Both the position numbers and the translations under genes were made by a program. From the human T2T-CHM13v2.0 reference genome, Homo sapiens, in the NCBI RefSeq assembly GCF_009914755.1, contig NC_060929.1: a DNA stretch of 64,000 nucleotides. One strand, given 5' to 3'. Numbering within the stretch: the first letter of the stretch is position 1; each line of letters starts with the position of its first letter. The notes under the pieces were generated by a model, which worked only from the letters and a program-made list of their open reading frames with translations, was not told the origin of the DNA and ran no database searches. Shown piece after piece: positions 25,735-40,408 of this stretch.

Positions 25735-25915
25735 GTTGCAGCTATTATTGATTGTGTGCCAAGTCCACACCAGCCACTCTGCTAAGCATGATCTCATTTC
25801 ATTCCCCCAGCAACCTTGAGAGAGAGGCATGATTGCTATCATTCCCATTTTATAGATAAGGAAACTGAGGCTCAGAAGGATTAATTTACCCAAGGTTATA
25901 CAGCCAGAAGGAGGT
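25735..25915 (-). mobile_element. MIR SINE
   Basis: attcccattttatagataaggaaactgaggctcagaaggattaatttacccaaggttatacagc. Confidence 0.8.
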
Positions 25916-26210
25916 CCAGGCTAGATCTTCCTAAAGGCTGGGGTAGGGGCTTTAAGGTGGGTAAAATGCAGCCCACTGAAAAGGCCATGTATCACCTCTA
26001 GATTCTCAGCAGGCCTGGAGAAGAAATCACTAGAGTACCCCATCTTCCCCTCACACCAGGAGAAGTTCTGCTTCTCTGGCTACCTGGTATGAGGTTCCTG
26101 AGGACCTAGGGGGAAAGTGTATGACCCCACCCTGGAAGCTTCCAGGAGGAGTAAGAGAAGCAAGTCCCTCGTGACGTCCTTGTTCCCACTAGTGTCTCTT
26201 TCCGAAGCAG

Positions 26211-26321
26211 GATTCTGACAAGTCCGGAGTACGTCCCCTCATCATCAGGGCAGGAGGTAACGTGCTGAATTTAATAGCAAAGCAAATTTTGCTGGAGAAG
26301 AAATGAGATTTCTTTGTCAAG
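26211..26321 (+). other. Candidate non-coding/UTR exon (111 nt)
   Basis: Acceptor tgtctctttccgaagcag|G (NAGNAG) and donor AAG|GTGAGT in unique sequence; stop codons in all three frames; CRE-like TGACGTC at 26172-26178. Confidence 0.4.
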
Positions 26322-26724
26322 GTGAGTGTGTCTGGGAGAGCCAGGAACAGGGTGGAGTTGGGGGATGGGGGCACTTTGGAGGGGCTGCAAAAGGGGAGTG
26401 TGGATCTGGAATTATTAGAATGTTGATTATGTCCTCTTGATTGTTAATGAAATTCTTCACCTTGGGTTTCTGGACCAGGGGGAAAGCTCCCAGAGCTCAT
26501 TTTGCAGCTGATGAGAGCAAGAGAGAGGGCAGGAGGGGGCAGAAGACTCTCGGCTTAGGGAGAAATTAAATTCCTCCTAAACAAATGGAACTGGACAAGT
26601 CTGACCACCACCATGTGAAGGCAGAGCCCTAGGCTGACCTGAAGTCCCCTGTGGAAATGGGATGGAGACCCCTGGCTGGGTAGGGAGTGGCCAAGAGGCT
26701 TGACTCAGGCAGCAGAGTGCAGCT

Positions 26725-26950
26725 CCAATAATAATAGCTGACATTACTGAGTACCTTCCATGTAGCCAGAGCAAATGAATGTGCATGTATTATCTCATTT
26801 AATCCTCCCAACAACTCTTGCAGGTAGGTAGTATGATCGTTCCCATTCTGCAGATGACAACACTGAGGCACAGAGAGGACTGAAGCTTGTCCAAGCTCCC
26901 ACAGCTGGAAAGTGGAGGTGCCAGTCTTTCAGCCCAGGCAGCCTGCACCA
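26725..26950 (-). mobile_element. MIR SINE
   Basis: ttatctcatttaatcctcccaacaactct...cccattctgcagatgacaacactgaggcacagagagg. Confidence 0.8.
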
Positions 26951-26998
26951 GCACCTATCCTTTGAGATTTGAAAGACGCTCCAGCTCTCCTACTTTCT

Positions 26999-27290
26999 TT
27001 TCTTTTTAAGACAGTATTTCTCTTGCTCTGTTACCCGGGCTGGAATGCAGTGATGTGATTGTGGCTCACTGCAGCCTCAAACTCCTGGGCTCAAGCAATC
27101 TTCCCACTCATCTTCCAGAGTAGCAGGGACTACAGGTGTGTGCTACCATACCTGGCTAATTTTTTTATTTTTAATAAGTCAGGGTCTTGCCATGTTGCCC
27201 AGGCTGACCTCAAACTCCTGGCCTCAAGCGATCCTCCCACCTCAGCCTCCCAAAGTGCTGGGATTACAGGCATGAGGCACTAGGCCCGGG
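26999..27290 (-). mobile_element. AluJ
   Basis: ctcactgcagcctcaaactcctgggctcaagcaatc...cccaaagtgctgggattacaggcatgag; TSD ctctcc(t/c)actttct on both sides. Confidence 0.93.
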
Positions 27291-27499
27291 CTCTCCCACT
27301 TTCTTCACTACCTCCCTGAGCCTCAACTGCGTCATCTGTAACATGGGGCCAGTAATCGTTGTCAACATGAAGAGCTGTTGTTAGGAGCCAATGAAATAAA
27401 AATAAATTTAAAACAACTTAGTACAGAAATAGCATTCCCTTTGAAGCCTTGCTCTCTGCCTTCCAAAATGGGAAGTGTCCCTTCTTATCCGGCTGGTTG

Positions 27500-28310
27500 A
27501 GGACCTATGACACAGAGGTGCTGTTCTAGGCACTGGGAATAGAACAGTGAACAAAATGAACAAAAATCCCTGCCCTTGTGGAACTTACAATTAGTGGGAG
27601 ACAGACCATAAACAAGACAAATAAGTACATTATAACCTATATTAGAGAAGGTAAATACAATAGAACAAAACGAGGCAACAGAGGAGGGGTTGGAGCACTG
27701 ATTGGGAAGGGCTGCAGTTCAAACAGGGCAGTCTGAGTTGGTCTCACCAAGAAAGTGACTTGAAGGAAGCAAAGGAGTGAGCAAATATTCAGGATAACAG
27801 CACTGCTCAGGAAGAGGAAACAGCAGTGCAAAGGCTCTGAGGTGGGACTGCACTGTTCGTGTTACAGGAACAGTAAGGAGGCCAGAGTAGCTGTGTTAGC
27901 AAAGGTAGCATAGTAGGAATTGGAGTCACAAATTCCAGAGGAAGTGCAGCTAGTGTAGGGTCTTGATGGTCTTTGTAAGGACTTTTAGCTTTTATCTGAA
28001 TGAGACAAGAATCTATCAGAGGGTTTTAGGCATGATCTGATTGATGTTTTAAAGGTATAGCTGGGACAGCGGTATTGAGACTAGACTATAGGCGGCCAAG
28101 GGCAGAAGCAGAGAGGAGAGTTAGGAAGCTATTGCAAAAACCCAGGTGAGAGTAGGTGGCAGCTTAGTTCAGGGAGGTAGTGACACAGACGATGCTGAAG
28201 TCTGATTCTGGATGTATTGCGAAAGGGAAAGCCCCCAGGATGAGCTGATCATCAAAAGTGAGGAATGGGAGAAAGAAGCAATCACCGCGGATGATTCTGA
28301 GGATTTTACC
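27500..28310 (-). mobile_element. L2 LINE fragment
   Basis: ctgttctaggcactgggaatagaacagtgaacaaaa...aggaagaggaaacagcagtgcaaaggctctgaggtggga...gttaggaagctattgcaaaaacccaggtgagag. Confidence 0.85.
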
Positions 28311-28364
28311 CCTTCCACCTCTCAATTCCTGAAGACCCATCCCTTCCTTTTAAAATCCAACTCT

Positions 28365-28669
28365 GGCCGGGCATGGTGGCTCACGCCTGTAATCCCAGCA
28401 CTTTGGAAGGCCAAGACGGGCAGATCACGAGGTCAAGAGATCGAGACCATCCTGGCCAATGTGGTGAAACCCCATCTTTACCAAAAATACAAAAATTAGC
28501 CGGGCGCGGTGGTGCACACCTGTAGTCCCAGCCACTCAGGAGGCTGGGGCAGGAGAATCACTAGAAGCTGGGAGGCAGAAGTTGCAGTAGCCGAGGTTGA
28601 GCCATTGCATTCCAGCCTGGCGACAGAGCAAGGCTCCGTCTCAAAAAAAAAAAAAAAAAAAAAAAAAAA
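28365..28669 (+). mobile_element. AluSc
   Basis: Diagnostic cagatcacgaggtcaagagatcgagaccatcctggccaa; long poly(A). Confidence 0.93.
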
Positions 28670-29019
28670 TTCCAGCCCTCTCTCTCGGGGCTCTATTGGA
28701 GATCCACTGCTTTCATCCCTCTCTCTTTCCATTGTCCAGGCATTTGCCTTACAGAGCCCAGGGCAGAGGACCCTGGTCAAACAACTTGACCCAGGGTATA
28801 AATCTGCCTCATGGCCTTCTGGGGCTCCCCCAGTCCTTACCCTGGCTCAGAAGGTCCCATCACAGTCTGCCGTCCACCTCAGCAGCCCCTCAAGGTCCCT
28901 TGCTCCTCCTGACTGCAGTACCCCTTTTCTCGCTCCCTGGAACTGGCTCTGCTCTTCTATCTCACACAGCTGCCCACCATGCTGCCCTCAGGTCTCAGTG
29001 GGAGCATCACCACCCCTGG

Positions 29020-29510
29020 GAAACCTTCCCTGACCTGCTATTCTGGAGGAAGCCCCTGATTCCAGGCTCTCAAGCCCTGAGCCTCTACCACAGGGTTGCG
29101 TGTCTCTTTCCTTGTGTGATTATTTGATGAAAGCCTGTCTCCCCACGTGACTATAACCTCCATAAAGGCAGGGCCCACCTGTATCGCCAGAAGCAGACAA
29201 TTCACCAAAAGAGACATTCAGTGGATCTGACTTGGATCCTTAGGCTTTTGGTAAATTAACTTTCATTGACCTAAAGCCTCCAGCTGCTAGGTAAATGTCT
29301 GGCACATAGCAGGTACTTCACATATATTTATTGAAGGAATGAATCAGAGTTCTCTAAGATCTTGGGCATGTGACAAACTTCCTGAGCCTCAGTTTCCCCA
29401 TGTGTAAGGATGGGAATAAGAATACCTATCTCATGAGTCATTGTGAGAATTAAAAAACCTACGGCATGAGCAATGCCTCACACTAGTAGATGCTCAATAA
29501 TTGTTCCAAT
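29020..29510 (+). mobile_element. L2 3' tail followed by MIR
   Basis: tctggcacatagcaggtacttcacatatatttattgaaggaatgaat, then ctgagcctcagtttccccatgtgtaaggatgggaataagaatacctatctcat. Confidence 0.75.
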
Positions 29511-29732
29511 GCATGTTCAGACAATTACCACCTTACAACTCCCCTGTGCTTCCCCTCCCCTCCCCCACTCCCTCTCATCCCTCCTTCCATTCTCCAGCCT
29601 CCTCCCCTCCCCACCCTTCCCCTCCTAAGGACTCCCAGATGTGGAATCACCAAAGCCTCTGAACGTTCCCCTTCTCCCCCAAGATCCCCCAATGCGCCAC
29701 TGGTTACATATTGATCCTGTTTAACTTTCCCA

Positions 29733-30050
29733 ATGGATGATAAACATGAAATTAAAATGACTTCCTGGAATATTAATGTAGTCAATGGCCCTATTAAAAG
29801 AAAGAAAATACAGCTGAGAAAATTCGCTTTGATGTAGCGTTTCTGCAGGAGGCTCATTTATCTGCAGCTCAGACTCTCAAAATGAGATTCTGAAGGTTTC
29901 TCTGATGTCTCTTATTTTTCCCTCACCCAGAATTTAAACAGAAAATAGAATCACAAGCTAGTGTCATAAAACGTGGGCCTTTTCCCTTCTCCACCAAAAA
30001 GCAAATGAAAACAGGGCCAGGTTGATGTCAGTCTCTGCAAACATGGGGCT
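29733..30050 (+). pseudogene. Frameshifted fossil of a LINE (L1-clade) ORF2 APE-endonuclease N-terminus
   Basis: Three successive frames give MDDKHEIKMTSWNINVVNGPIKRKKIQLRK / FDVAFLQEAHLSAAQTLKMR..FKQK / HKTWAFSLLHQKANENRARLMSVSANMG, collinear with the EN motifs (S/T)WNxNG.N.PIKR and D..FLQE(T)HL. Confidence 0.7.
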
Positions 30051-30197
30051 GAGGACTCACCTGCTCCTCCCAATCTCCTCTGTATCTTGCTCACTGGGGC
30101 CTGGTCCAGGCTGCCAGGCCGGCTGCCTAGATTCAGCAGGGGTTCCCAGAAGCCTGTGCTGCTACTGCTGCTGCTGAAGTTAGGAAAGTTGCCTCAG

Positions 30198-30770
<573 letters not shown>

Positions 30771-32037
30771 TTACCATTATTACAAATGATAACTCATGTT
30801 GTTACTATAATCATTGAGGCCTAAGCAGAGAAAAGAAGTTTTTCTGACCCCTAGGCTGGGTCATGTGCTGCCTCTGGGTGACCATAGCCCTGAGCTTCTC
30901 CCATCCCAGGCTGGTGACTTCCCTGCCTCTTCCAGCAGCCTGCTTATTCCATGAAGGCCGGCCTGGGTCTTGCTCATAATCATGTCCCAGCAACACATGG
31001 CAGAATTTAAATGTCTTGGAGTCAGAGCCAAGGTGCTCTGGGTGATATCCTATCCCCACCTGGCATGGTTGTGACCTAGGGTCCTTCCATGCAGCCATAA
31101 GAGCTCCAAATGCCCAGCTTGGCAACAGCTATCCATCCACCTTCCGCAGACCTCAGGTCCCTTGTCTGCACCTTCCCTAGGTCTCACCTTGATTCTGTTA
31201 TGCCCATTCCTTCCTCCCTAGGCTCAGAGAGGTGGCAGACAGAGCATTCAGATAAGGTCCTCTGGGATTAACTCTTCCTTTCTTTCCCCCTTCTCTCATC
31301 TGACTTCCAGCTTCCCCCTCTCCACAGCAACTTCTGCTGACATCCTCAGTCTCCCTCACCTGGGTTTGGCCCTGTGGGCAGGTAGAGGGGTACTGCATGC
31401 CTATTGCCTGGGCTGACTCTCCTGGGTGCTGCTGGATAAGCCTAAGGTGGGCCCACAACTTCCCTAGCCACATTCCTGTTACCTGCAATTCAGGCTCTTT
31501 TTGCCCTTCCCCACTGCCAGAAGGGGCTCAGGACCTTTTCTGCTCCTCCTGGGCAGCCAGGACCCTGCCATAGTGCTTCTGAACCATTCGCAGTCCAGCC
31601 CCAGCCTCGTGCGTATGCACACAGAGTCGCCCTCAGATCCGCAGTCACAGGATCTCTGTTCTCCACAGCCAAAGGCAAGAAAGAAGAGGACCCCCTGTGG
31701 ACAAGGGGCAGGGGCAGGGGCAGAAGGCTTTGGAAGATCAGCTTGCCTCCTGGGGGCACTGTCCCCTAGAGACCCCTCCCCAGCCAGCCCATGGCCCCCT
31801 AGCAGGAAAATAAGAAGTTGGAGCAGAGGGGTTAATTTGGGGAAAAGCAGCAGCTGCTTGAAACAGAGAGGGTAGGCCCAAGGCAAGAGCTGCTCCTGCT
31901 GAGGTAATGATTGTGAGGGATGCTAGAGCTGGGGCCACCCACAAGCCCCCCAAACGCACTCACCCCCAGGCAAGTTATCTGCTTGGACACCCCCCCACAC
32001 ACACACATAAAGAAGCATCATAATCATCTGGGCATAA

Positions 32038-32430
<393 letters not shown>

Positions 32431-33871
32431 TGAGAGCTGCAGGAAGCCCTGGAACTCAGAAGCCCGAAAACACACACACATATAGCTACACCTTTTTCCA
32501 GTCTCTGTATCAGGATATCAGTCTCTGTTCAGCACGCCAAGGTGACCCCCATCACTGTACAAGGGCAGAGGACCCCTCCCTGTGAAAGTGAGAGTTGGGA
32601 GCTGGCTGCCTTTAGACCTGCTGGCGTCTCCTTATTCCTGGAAAATACACGTTATATAACATCACACACAATAAAACACAACCAGGTCCCACATTACCTA
32701 TGACTTGTATATAGCCCTGTGAGCAGCTCTGCAGTTGGCATAATGTTAGGTTTTTGTAGGCATTTAATTAAGCATTTGTGGCTTGTATTTCTTCATGTGA
32801 GTTCTGGTTGTATTTGAGGTCATTGAAAATTGTCAGCAGAACCCTCAAAAGCCTTTAGGGCTTGGGTCTTGGGTTTATGATGAGTGATGGATAACAGGAC
32901 CCTAGTGAAAGGGGTGGTTGGGGGAATGTTGCCACTGGGAGCCCAAGTCCGCTTTGGTGACAGCAAGCATGGATAAGCCGGGGACTCACGGGCAGGACAC
33001 ACTCTGAGGTCCTAACTCGATTGCCACCAGTTACCATCTCTCTTGGAGCCAGAGAGAAATCAAAGTGAGCTGCGGGCCCAGCAGCCCCTACACTAAGACG
33101 CAGACTTTACCTGTACGATACTGACCCAAAGACCACACCTGAACACTGTGTGCAGGCACCAACACAAAAATACACACAGGCCCCAGCACACACACTCTGA
33201 TATGCACATCCTCAATGCCTGGACACATACCCCAACTAATAGCCATTACCCCAACACCTAGGCACACACTTGGACACACTCCCCAGCAGACCAGCTCACC
33301 CCACATCCCCCAACACTGATATCCACACACAGTGGCACAGAGGTACCCCTTGGGCAAAGCTACAGATGGCCACCCATTCCGTCACTTGTGTCCGCACATC
33401 AAGACATACCAGGCATATAATTACAGATACCCACATTTGAACACCCTCCCTCCTGCTTCTTCTCACACCCACCCACACATGCTCCCTGCCCTGTCATGGG
33501 GAGACAGAGCATCTCAGCCCCAAAGAGCCCAAGGGTCCTGATTAACAGGAAATTCTATGAATGCCAATTAGAGCAAAGTTTACTGAACAAATTGTTTGCA
33601 GTTGTGCCCCAGAACCATCATGAATTTTAATCTTGCATTGATTTGCACTTATGTGAGGTTTGCAGATGGCAGGGCCTTTGGTGCCTCCTGCCCCTCCCAC
33701 CCATCTGGGAGGAGTCATCACCCAGCCTCAGATGCAGGAGCTCTGGGGGCAGCCTTCAGCCTCTACTAGTCCAGAGGCCAGCACCACCAGCCCAATTGGG
33801 AGACCCAAGATGCCCAGAAGATGGGCAAGAGTTTTGGAAACATACATGTTATGGATGAAGAAGACCCTATG

Positions 33872-34332
<461 letters not shown>

Positions 34333-34350
34333 TAACTGCCAGTATGTTTA

Positions 34351-35147
<797 letters not shown>

Positions 35148-35500
35148 TGTATTAATTAGCTTTTGCCACAGTAATGCTGTATAACAAACCACCCAGAAAG
35201 TCAGGGTCATACAGCAGTCAATAAGTATTTTTTCCTGCAGGTTGACTGGATTTTGGTTGATCTAAACTGGGTTCAGCTGGGCTTGGTTCCAACCTGTGAA
35301 CTGGGTGCAGGTCTGCGCCCCCATCTCTCATCCTTATTGAACTAGCAGCTACCTGAGGCATGTTCTATAAAAGACAGGAATGCAAAAGAGCATGCCCGAC
35401 TATGCCAGCTCCCCCTTGGCCAAAGAAGGTGCTGATGCCCTGGCAAGGGCATGGAAGTGGTGGAAGCAGTGAAGAATTAGGACCAGTTGAATCTATCACA
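35148..35500. mobile_element. MLT1 (H/I/J-like) MaLR LTR
   Basis: tgtattaattagcttttgccacagtaatgctgtataacaaaccaccc...gtgaagaattaggaccagttgaatctatcaca with TG...CA ends, inserted in the L2 tail. Confidence 0.7.
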
Positions 35501-35529
35501 GGCCCAATAAATATCTGCGGTGTGGAATT

Positions 35530-36110
35530 GAATACTTGCTCTGTGCTAGGCATTGTACTAAGCACTTTACATGCACTAATTCATTTAATCCTCAAGTCAA
35601 CCCTCTAAGTATTATTAACCCAATTTTTAAAAAGTAGTTTAATTGAAAAAATAAAATCTTCACAAAGTAAACAACTCAAATAGTACCAGCCGTACTCAAT
35701 GAAGAGTAACTCTTCTTCCTACTCCAACCGCAGCCCTACTCCACAAAGAAGCAGTGTTTCCGTTGTTTTGTGGACTTTCTGATATAGTCTATGATATGCA
35801 AGCCCCGCCCCCGCCCCGCCACATAGAGATATCCCTTTTTAATCATTTGGTTTGCTTCATACTATATTAAAACGGTTCTGCATCTTGGTTTCATTTTGTT
35901 TTCAAAGAATAATATATATTGGAGCTCCTTCCTTATCAATCAAATTGATCGACATTATTTTTCACTTATTTCCATTTTACAGATGAGGAAACTGAGGCTT
36001 AGAGAAGTTAAGAGACATATACCAGGTATTGCAGCTCAAAAGAGTCAGGGCTGGGATTGAAGTTTACATCTTCCTGACTTCAGAGCCTGTGTTCATAGTC
36101 ACTCTGCTTT
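35530..36110 (-). mobile_element. MIR split by an AT-rich probable old L1 fragment (~35630-35960)
   Basis: MIR halves (aagcactttacatgcactaattcatttaatcctc ... tccattttacagatgaggaaactgaggcttagagaag) flank an AT-rich insert. Confidence 0.6.
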
Positions 36111-37219
36111 ACTGACATGGCTGGGGGACCCACAGGGTCCCCAGCATGGGCAGAGTAGACCTAGACAAAAACGTCTGAGCTCCAGCTGGGCGTCCTCTCT
36201 GGGATGAGGGATAGCAGTGGGAACTCTCATGGTGCTGGGTCCACCCAGGGTCTGCTGGAAGCACCACCAGCGCTGGGAAGTGCCTTGGCCCCGGCCTTTG
36301 CCCTCAGACCACCCACCCTTCTTGGTGCCCCAGCACTAACTCTAGTGATATGAATGAATAAATGATAATGAATCAATGATATCAGGTCCACAGTATCTTA
36401 GAGGGCTGGATGTTTTGGAATTTCTTAAAAGACATATTAATAATATCTCCCCCAATGCGACAAGCCTCATCTTCCCCTCTACTCCCTTGTGGAAGAGGAA
36501 AATGTCTTAGGCAGGAAACCTGCCCTCATCCCTAGCTGTCTTTAACTTAGTTTATGCCTTTGGGCAAGCCACTTGCCCCTATTTGTGAAGGGGAATCATA
36601 ATTCAGAGAAAAGAGGAGAGGGCCTACTGAAACTGCAACCGTGTGGCAGAGTGTCTGGTGTAGATGCTGACTTGGAGGCATGGTCAGTGTGCTCTGATCC
36701 TTGTGCCTGGGCTGGGACTCACCGGGAATCCACAGGAACAAGCCAGAATTCAGCCTCCTTCCGTGGAGCTGGCAGCTGTGCGATGGGGGACAGTGCAGTA
36801 TGGTGGCTCATAGCCTGCCTCCGCCTCTTACTAACTCTGGGGCCTGGGGCTCTGCTAATAATAGTTACAATCTATTGTACTCTTAATATGTTCCAGATGT
36901 AGGCAGCCCTGCCTTGTTTAATTCTCCTGACAATTCTGTGGAATAGAAATTATCTCCAATTTACACAAAGAAACCGAGTCTTAAAGAGGCTTAAGTGACT
37001 TTCTCAAGGCCAAGGGGAAGGGAAGCAAAATACTTTGAGTCTCAGTTTCCCCATCCATAAAGTAGGTACGATAATGCCCATCTCTCACAGTTGTGGTGGG
37101 GATTCACTGAACTAATGTAAGCAAATTAAACTGGCATAGCCACAGACACATAGTAGGTGCTCAGTCAAAGGAATTCCCTTCCCCCTCTTCTTGGAGATGG
37201 AGATTGTGTTGGGACAGTA

Positions 37220-37375
37220 CATTGGAATCATCTGGGGAGCTTCAGAAAGGACTGATGCGGGGTCCTAGCCTCAGAGACCCTGATTTAAGTGGTCTGGGTG
37301 CAGCCTAGGCATCAGCATTCTTAAAACTCACTGACTGAGTGAGTCTAATGCTTAACCAACATTGAGAATCACTGT
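37220..37375. mobile_element. MER5-family hAT fossil
   Basis: cattggaatcatctggggagctt...ctgatttaagtggtctgggtgcagcctaggcatcagca...ttgagaatcactg. Confidence 0.8.
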
Positions 37376-37713
37376 ATTCTAGACCCTGACTGAGTGGAGG
37401 GTAGACATTATGTGAGGCTCGCCACTCTGTAAGCTCCTGAAATAGCCTGCTCACTGGTCTTGTGACTTCTACTCCTATCCCCCTCCCCATTCCATTCTTC
37501 ATTCAAAAACCAGGGGGATCATGAAAAACTCAAATCATTCCCCTTCAGTAACTTCCCATTGTACTTAAGAGTAAAAAAAAAAAAAAAAAAAGTTTTACCT
37601 TTTTCCAAGGCCCTACATGGCCCACACCCTGCTGACCCTGCCCATTGGTCTCTGTATCACTGTCCCCTCTGCCCTCCCTCTTCAGTCTGTGGCTGGACAG
37701 TTCCCATCCGACC

Positions 37714-38016
37714 TTTATTTTTTATTTATTTATTTATTTTTGAGATGGAGTCTGGCTCTGTCACCCAGGCTGGAGTGTAGTGGCTCAATCTTGGCTCACT
37801 GCAACCTCCGCCTCCCAGGTTCAAGCAATTCTGACTCAGTCTCCTGAGTGGCTGGGATTACAGGTGCACACCACGCCTGGCTAATTTTTGTATTTTTAGT
37901 AGAGACGAGGTTTCCCCATGTGAGCCAGGCTGGTCTCAAACTCCTGACCTCAGGTGATCCACCTGCTTCAGCCTCCCAAAGTGCTGGAATTACAGTCGTG
38001 AGCCACTGGGGGGGCC
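37714..38016 (-). mobile_element. AluSx
   Basis: (TTTA)n tail and antisense Alu body; TSD-like cccatc(cga/tgg)ccttta; inserted in L2. Confidence 0.93.
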
Positions 38017-38156
38017 CCCATCTGGCCTTTAGATCTTATCTTAACTAGCACTTCCACAGGGAGGTTTTCTCTGGCCAGCCCTCTAGGGTTGGTCCCCTCA
38101 GTTTTGCTCTCCCACATACTGTTAAATACATGATGAAATGAACAAAGAACATTTAA

Positions 38157-38489
<333 letters not shown>

Positions 38490-38494
38490 TAAAG

Positions 38495-38657
38495 TTACTT
38501 CATTTGTACATTTGCCTATTCAATGTCTCTCTCCCTTACTAGACTCTAAGCTCTATGAGGCAGGGTTCATGTCTGTTTTTGCTCATCGTTGTACTCCAGT
38601 GGCTAGCATAGGGTCTGACACAGAGTCAGTGCTTAATAAATATTTGTTGAATGAATG
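38495..38657 (+). mobile_element. L2 3' end
   Basis: actagactctaagctctatgaggcaggg...gtgcttaataaatatttgttgaatgaatg. Confidence 0.85.
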
Positions 38658-40304
38658 CCTAAGTGATAATGAATGAATGATACTAGCTCCATAGCATCTT
38701 GAAGAACTGAACGTTTTGGAATTTCTTAATTATTTTTTAGAAATATGTATTAATAATAGTTCTCATCTAGTGAGTATTTACTGCGTCTCATTTCCATAGA
38801 ATGAGAGAACTACAAGGGCCTCCTTGTCTTGCATTCTCTCTCCACCCTCCACAGCTTCTCTGTCTTCTCTCCAGCTCACTGTTCTTCCTCTGCAATCTGC
38901 CTTTCAGACTCCAGTCTATAGAACTACCTTCACCTCCTAATGTCCTCCCTTGGGCCCCTCAGCAAGGCCCCTGACACCAGCCAAAGCAGAGGGGGAACCA
39001 CAGGCCTTTTCTAGAGGCTGGGCTCATGATGCAACTCTAGCACCAGGCATGGCTGCAGGGGAAGATAGGGCAGTGGAAAAGGCAGTGAAGAGAATTAGGA
39101 TAACAGCCATGATCTGGTGGTCCTGGTGCAGGGAGAGGATAAAGAATAGATGCCTCAGAGGCCATCATGCCAGGTCTTCAGCCCTGCCTCACCCTTCCCA
39201 CCTGAATCCCCAGCCTGCTAATTTCCCCTGAATCTTACCAGGGCTGTCCCAGCCCTTCAGGGAGGACAGGTGTTTAGAAGAAACCCTACTGCCAGCATCT
39301 ATATTCTCTTCTTCTCATCTTCAGCTTCATGGCTGGCTGTGCCAGGCACTGCACCAAGCACTTTATACACATCCTCTCAGTTCATCCTTACAGCATCCTC
39401 AGGTCATCATGATCATTATTCTTGAACAGACAAGGAAACTGAGGGTCCAAGTGGTTGTGTTATTTGCTCAAGGTCACCATGTTTGTCTGATCTCAGATAC
39501 CAGCTCTTAACCATAATGCCATACTTGGTTCCCAAAAGGCTACTGCCTGGAACCATCAAAATCCCTAATCCCAAAAGGACAGCTTCAAATAAGGCGGTGT
39601 CTTGCACACCTTCTTCTCAAGAAAATAATGGCAATGCAGTTGAGCCCTTCTGTCACTTTGATAGTAGCTTTCCCTTCACGCTTAGTAAAGGTGCTGCAAT
39701 TACTATGGGCACCTCTGGTAAGAGGAAATTTTAAGGAAGACAGAATCATAGGATGTCAGGCTAGCAGAGACCTAATGCCATACCTCTCAGCTCACAGGTG
39801 AAAAAAAAAAGGAGGTCCACAGAGGCTTCCCACACCCACCTCAGAGCAACCACCTAAATTTGCAATTTGAGTTCTGTTGATATTTCTGCCCATGTTCTCA
39901 TGCCTGAGCTGGGTCCTTTGCAACCAGCCTAGTTGCTGCTTTGGTAGATTTCCATTTTGAATTTCAGCTATCCTACCCGCAAGCCCCTGGGAGCCTCCTG
40001 CTTCCTCTCATTTCTTGTGTCTTTAAAGAAAACTCTCCTTGCCTGAGCTCCCTCCCATTGGATTTTGTCCTTTGGAGCTGGGTCTGTCTCCCTCCCTTCC
40101 TCTCTTCCTTCCTCCCTTCTTCTCTCTCTCTCTCCTCCCAGCAAGGCATCTCCCTCTTCCTTATTCAGCAGGAGCCACAGGAGGCCTCAAGCCCCAAGTG
40201 TCCGCAGCCCAAACATGGCCACATGCCCACCCTCCCTGGTCGGGGCAAGGAGTGTGGACGCCCTTTGGCTGCACTGCAGTGCCTCTAACTGCAGCTTCTC
40301 CCTC

Positions 40305-40408
40305 TCTCTCAGGGTTGCTGAAAGATTATTAGATAATTTTCAAATTTGTAAAGCGCCTTAAGCTCCTCGGAGGAAAGGTGGTATATGAGTGTAATAACAA
40401 TAACAATC
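40305..40408 (+). mobile_element. Ancient amniote-type SINE tail (MIR3/MIR1_Amn/AmnSINE-like)
   Basis: cagggttgctgaaagattattagataat...tttgtaaagcgccttaagctcctcggaggaaaggtggtatatgagtgtaataac resembles the recalled tail gtaaagcgctttgagatcct..gatgaaaggcgctatataa. Confidence 0.5.

Noticed and set aside
35802-35820. Triple GC box (GCCCC repeats)
   Set aside because: Isolated within AT-rich repeat-derived sequence with no CpG context; probably a micro-repeat.
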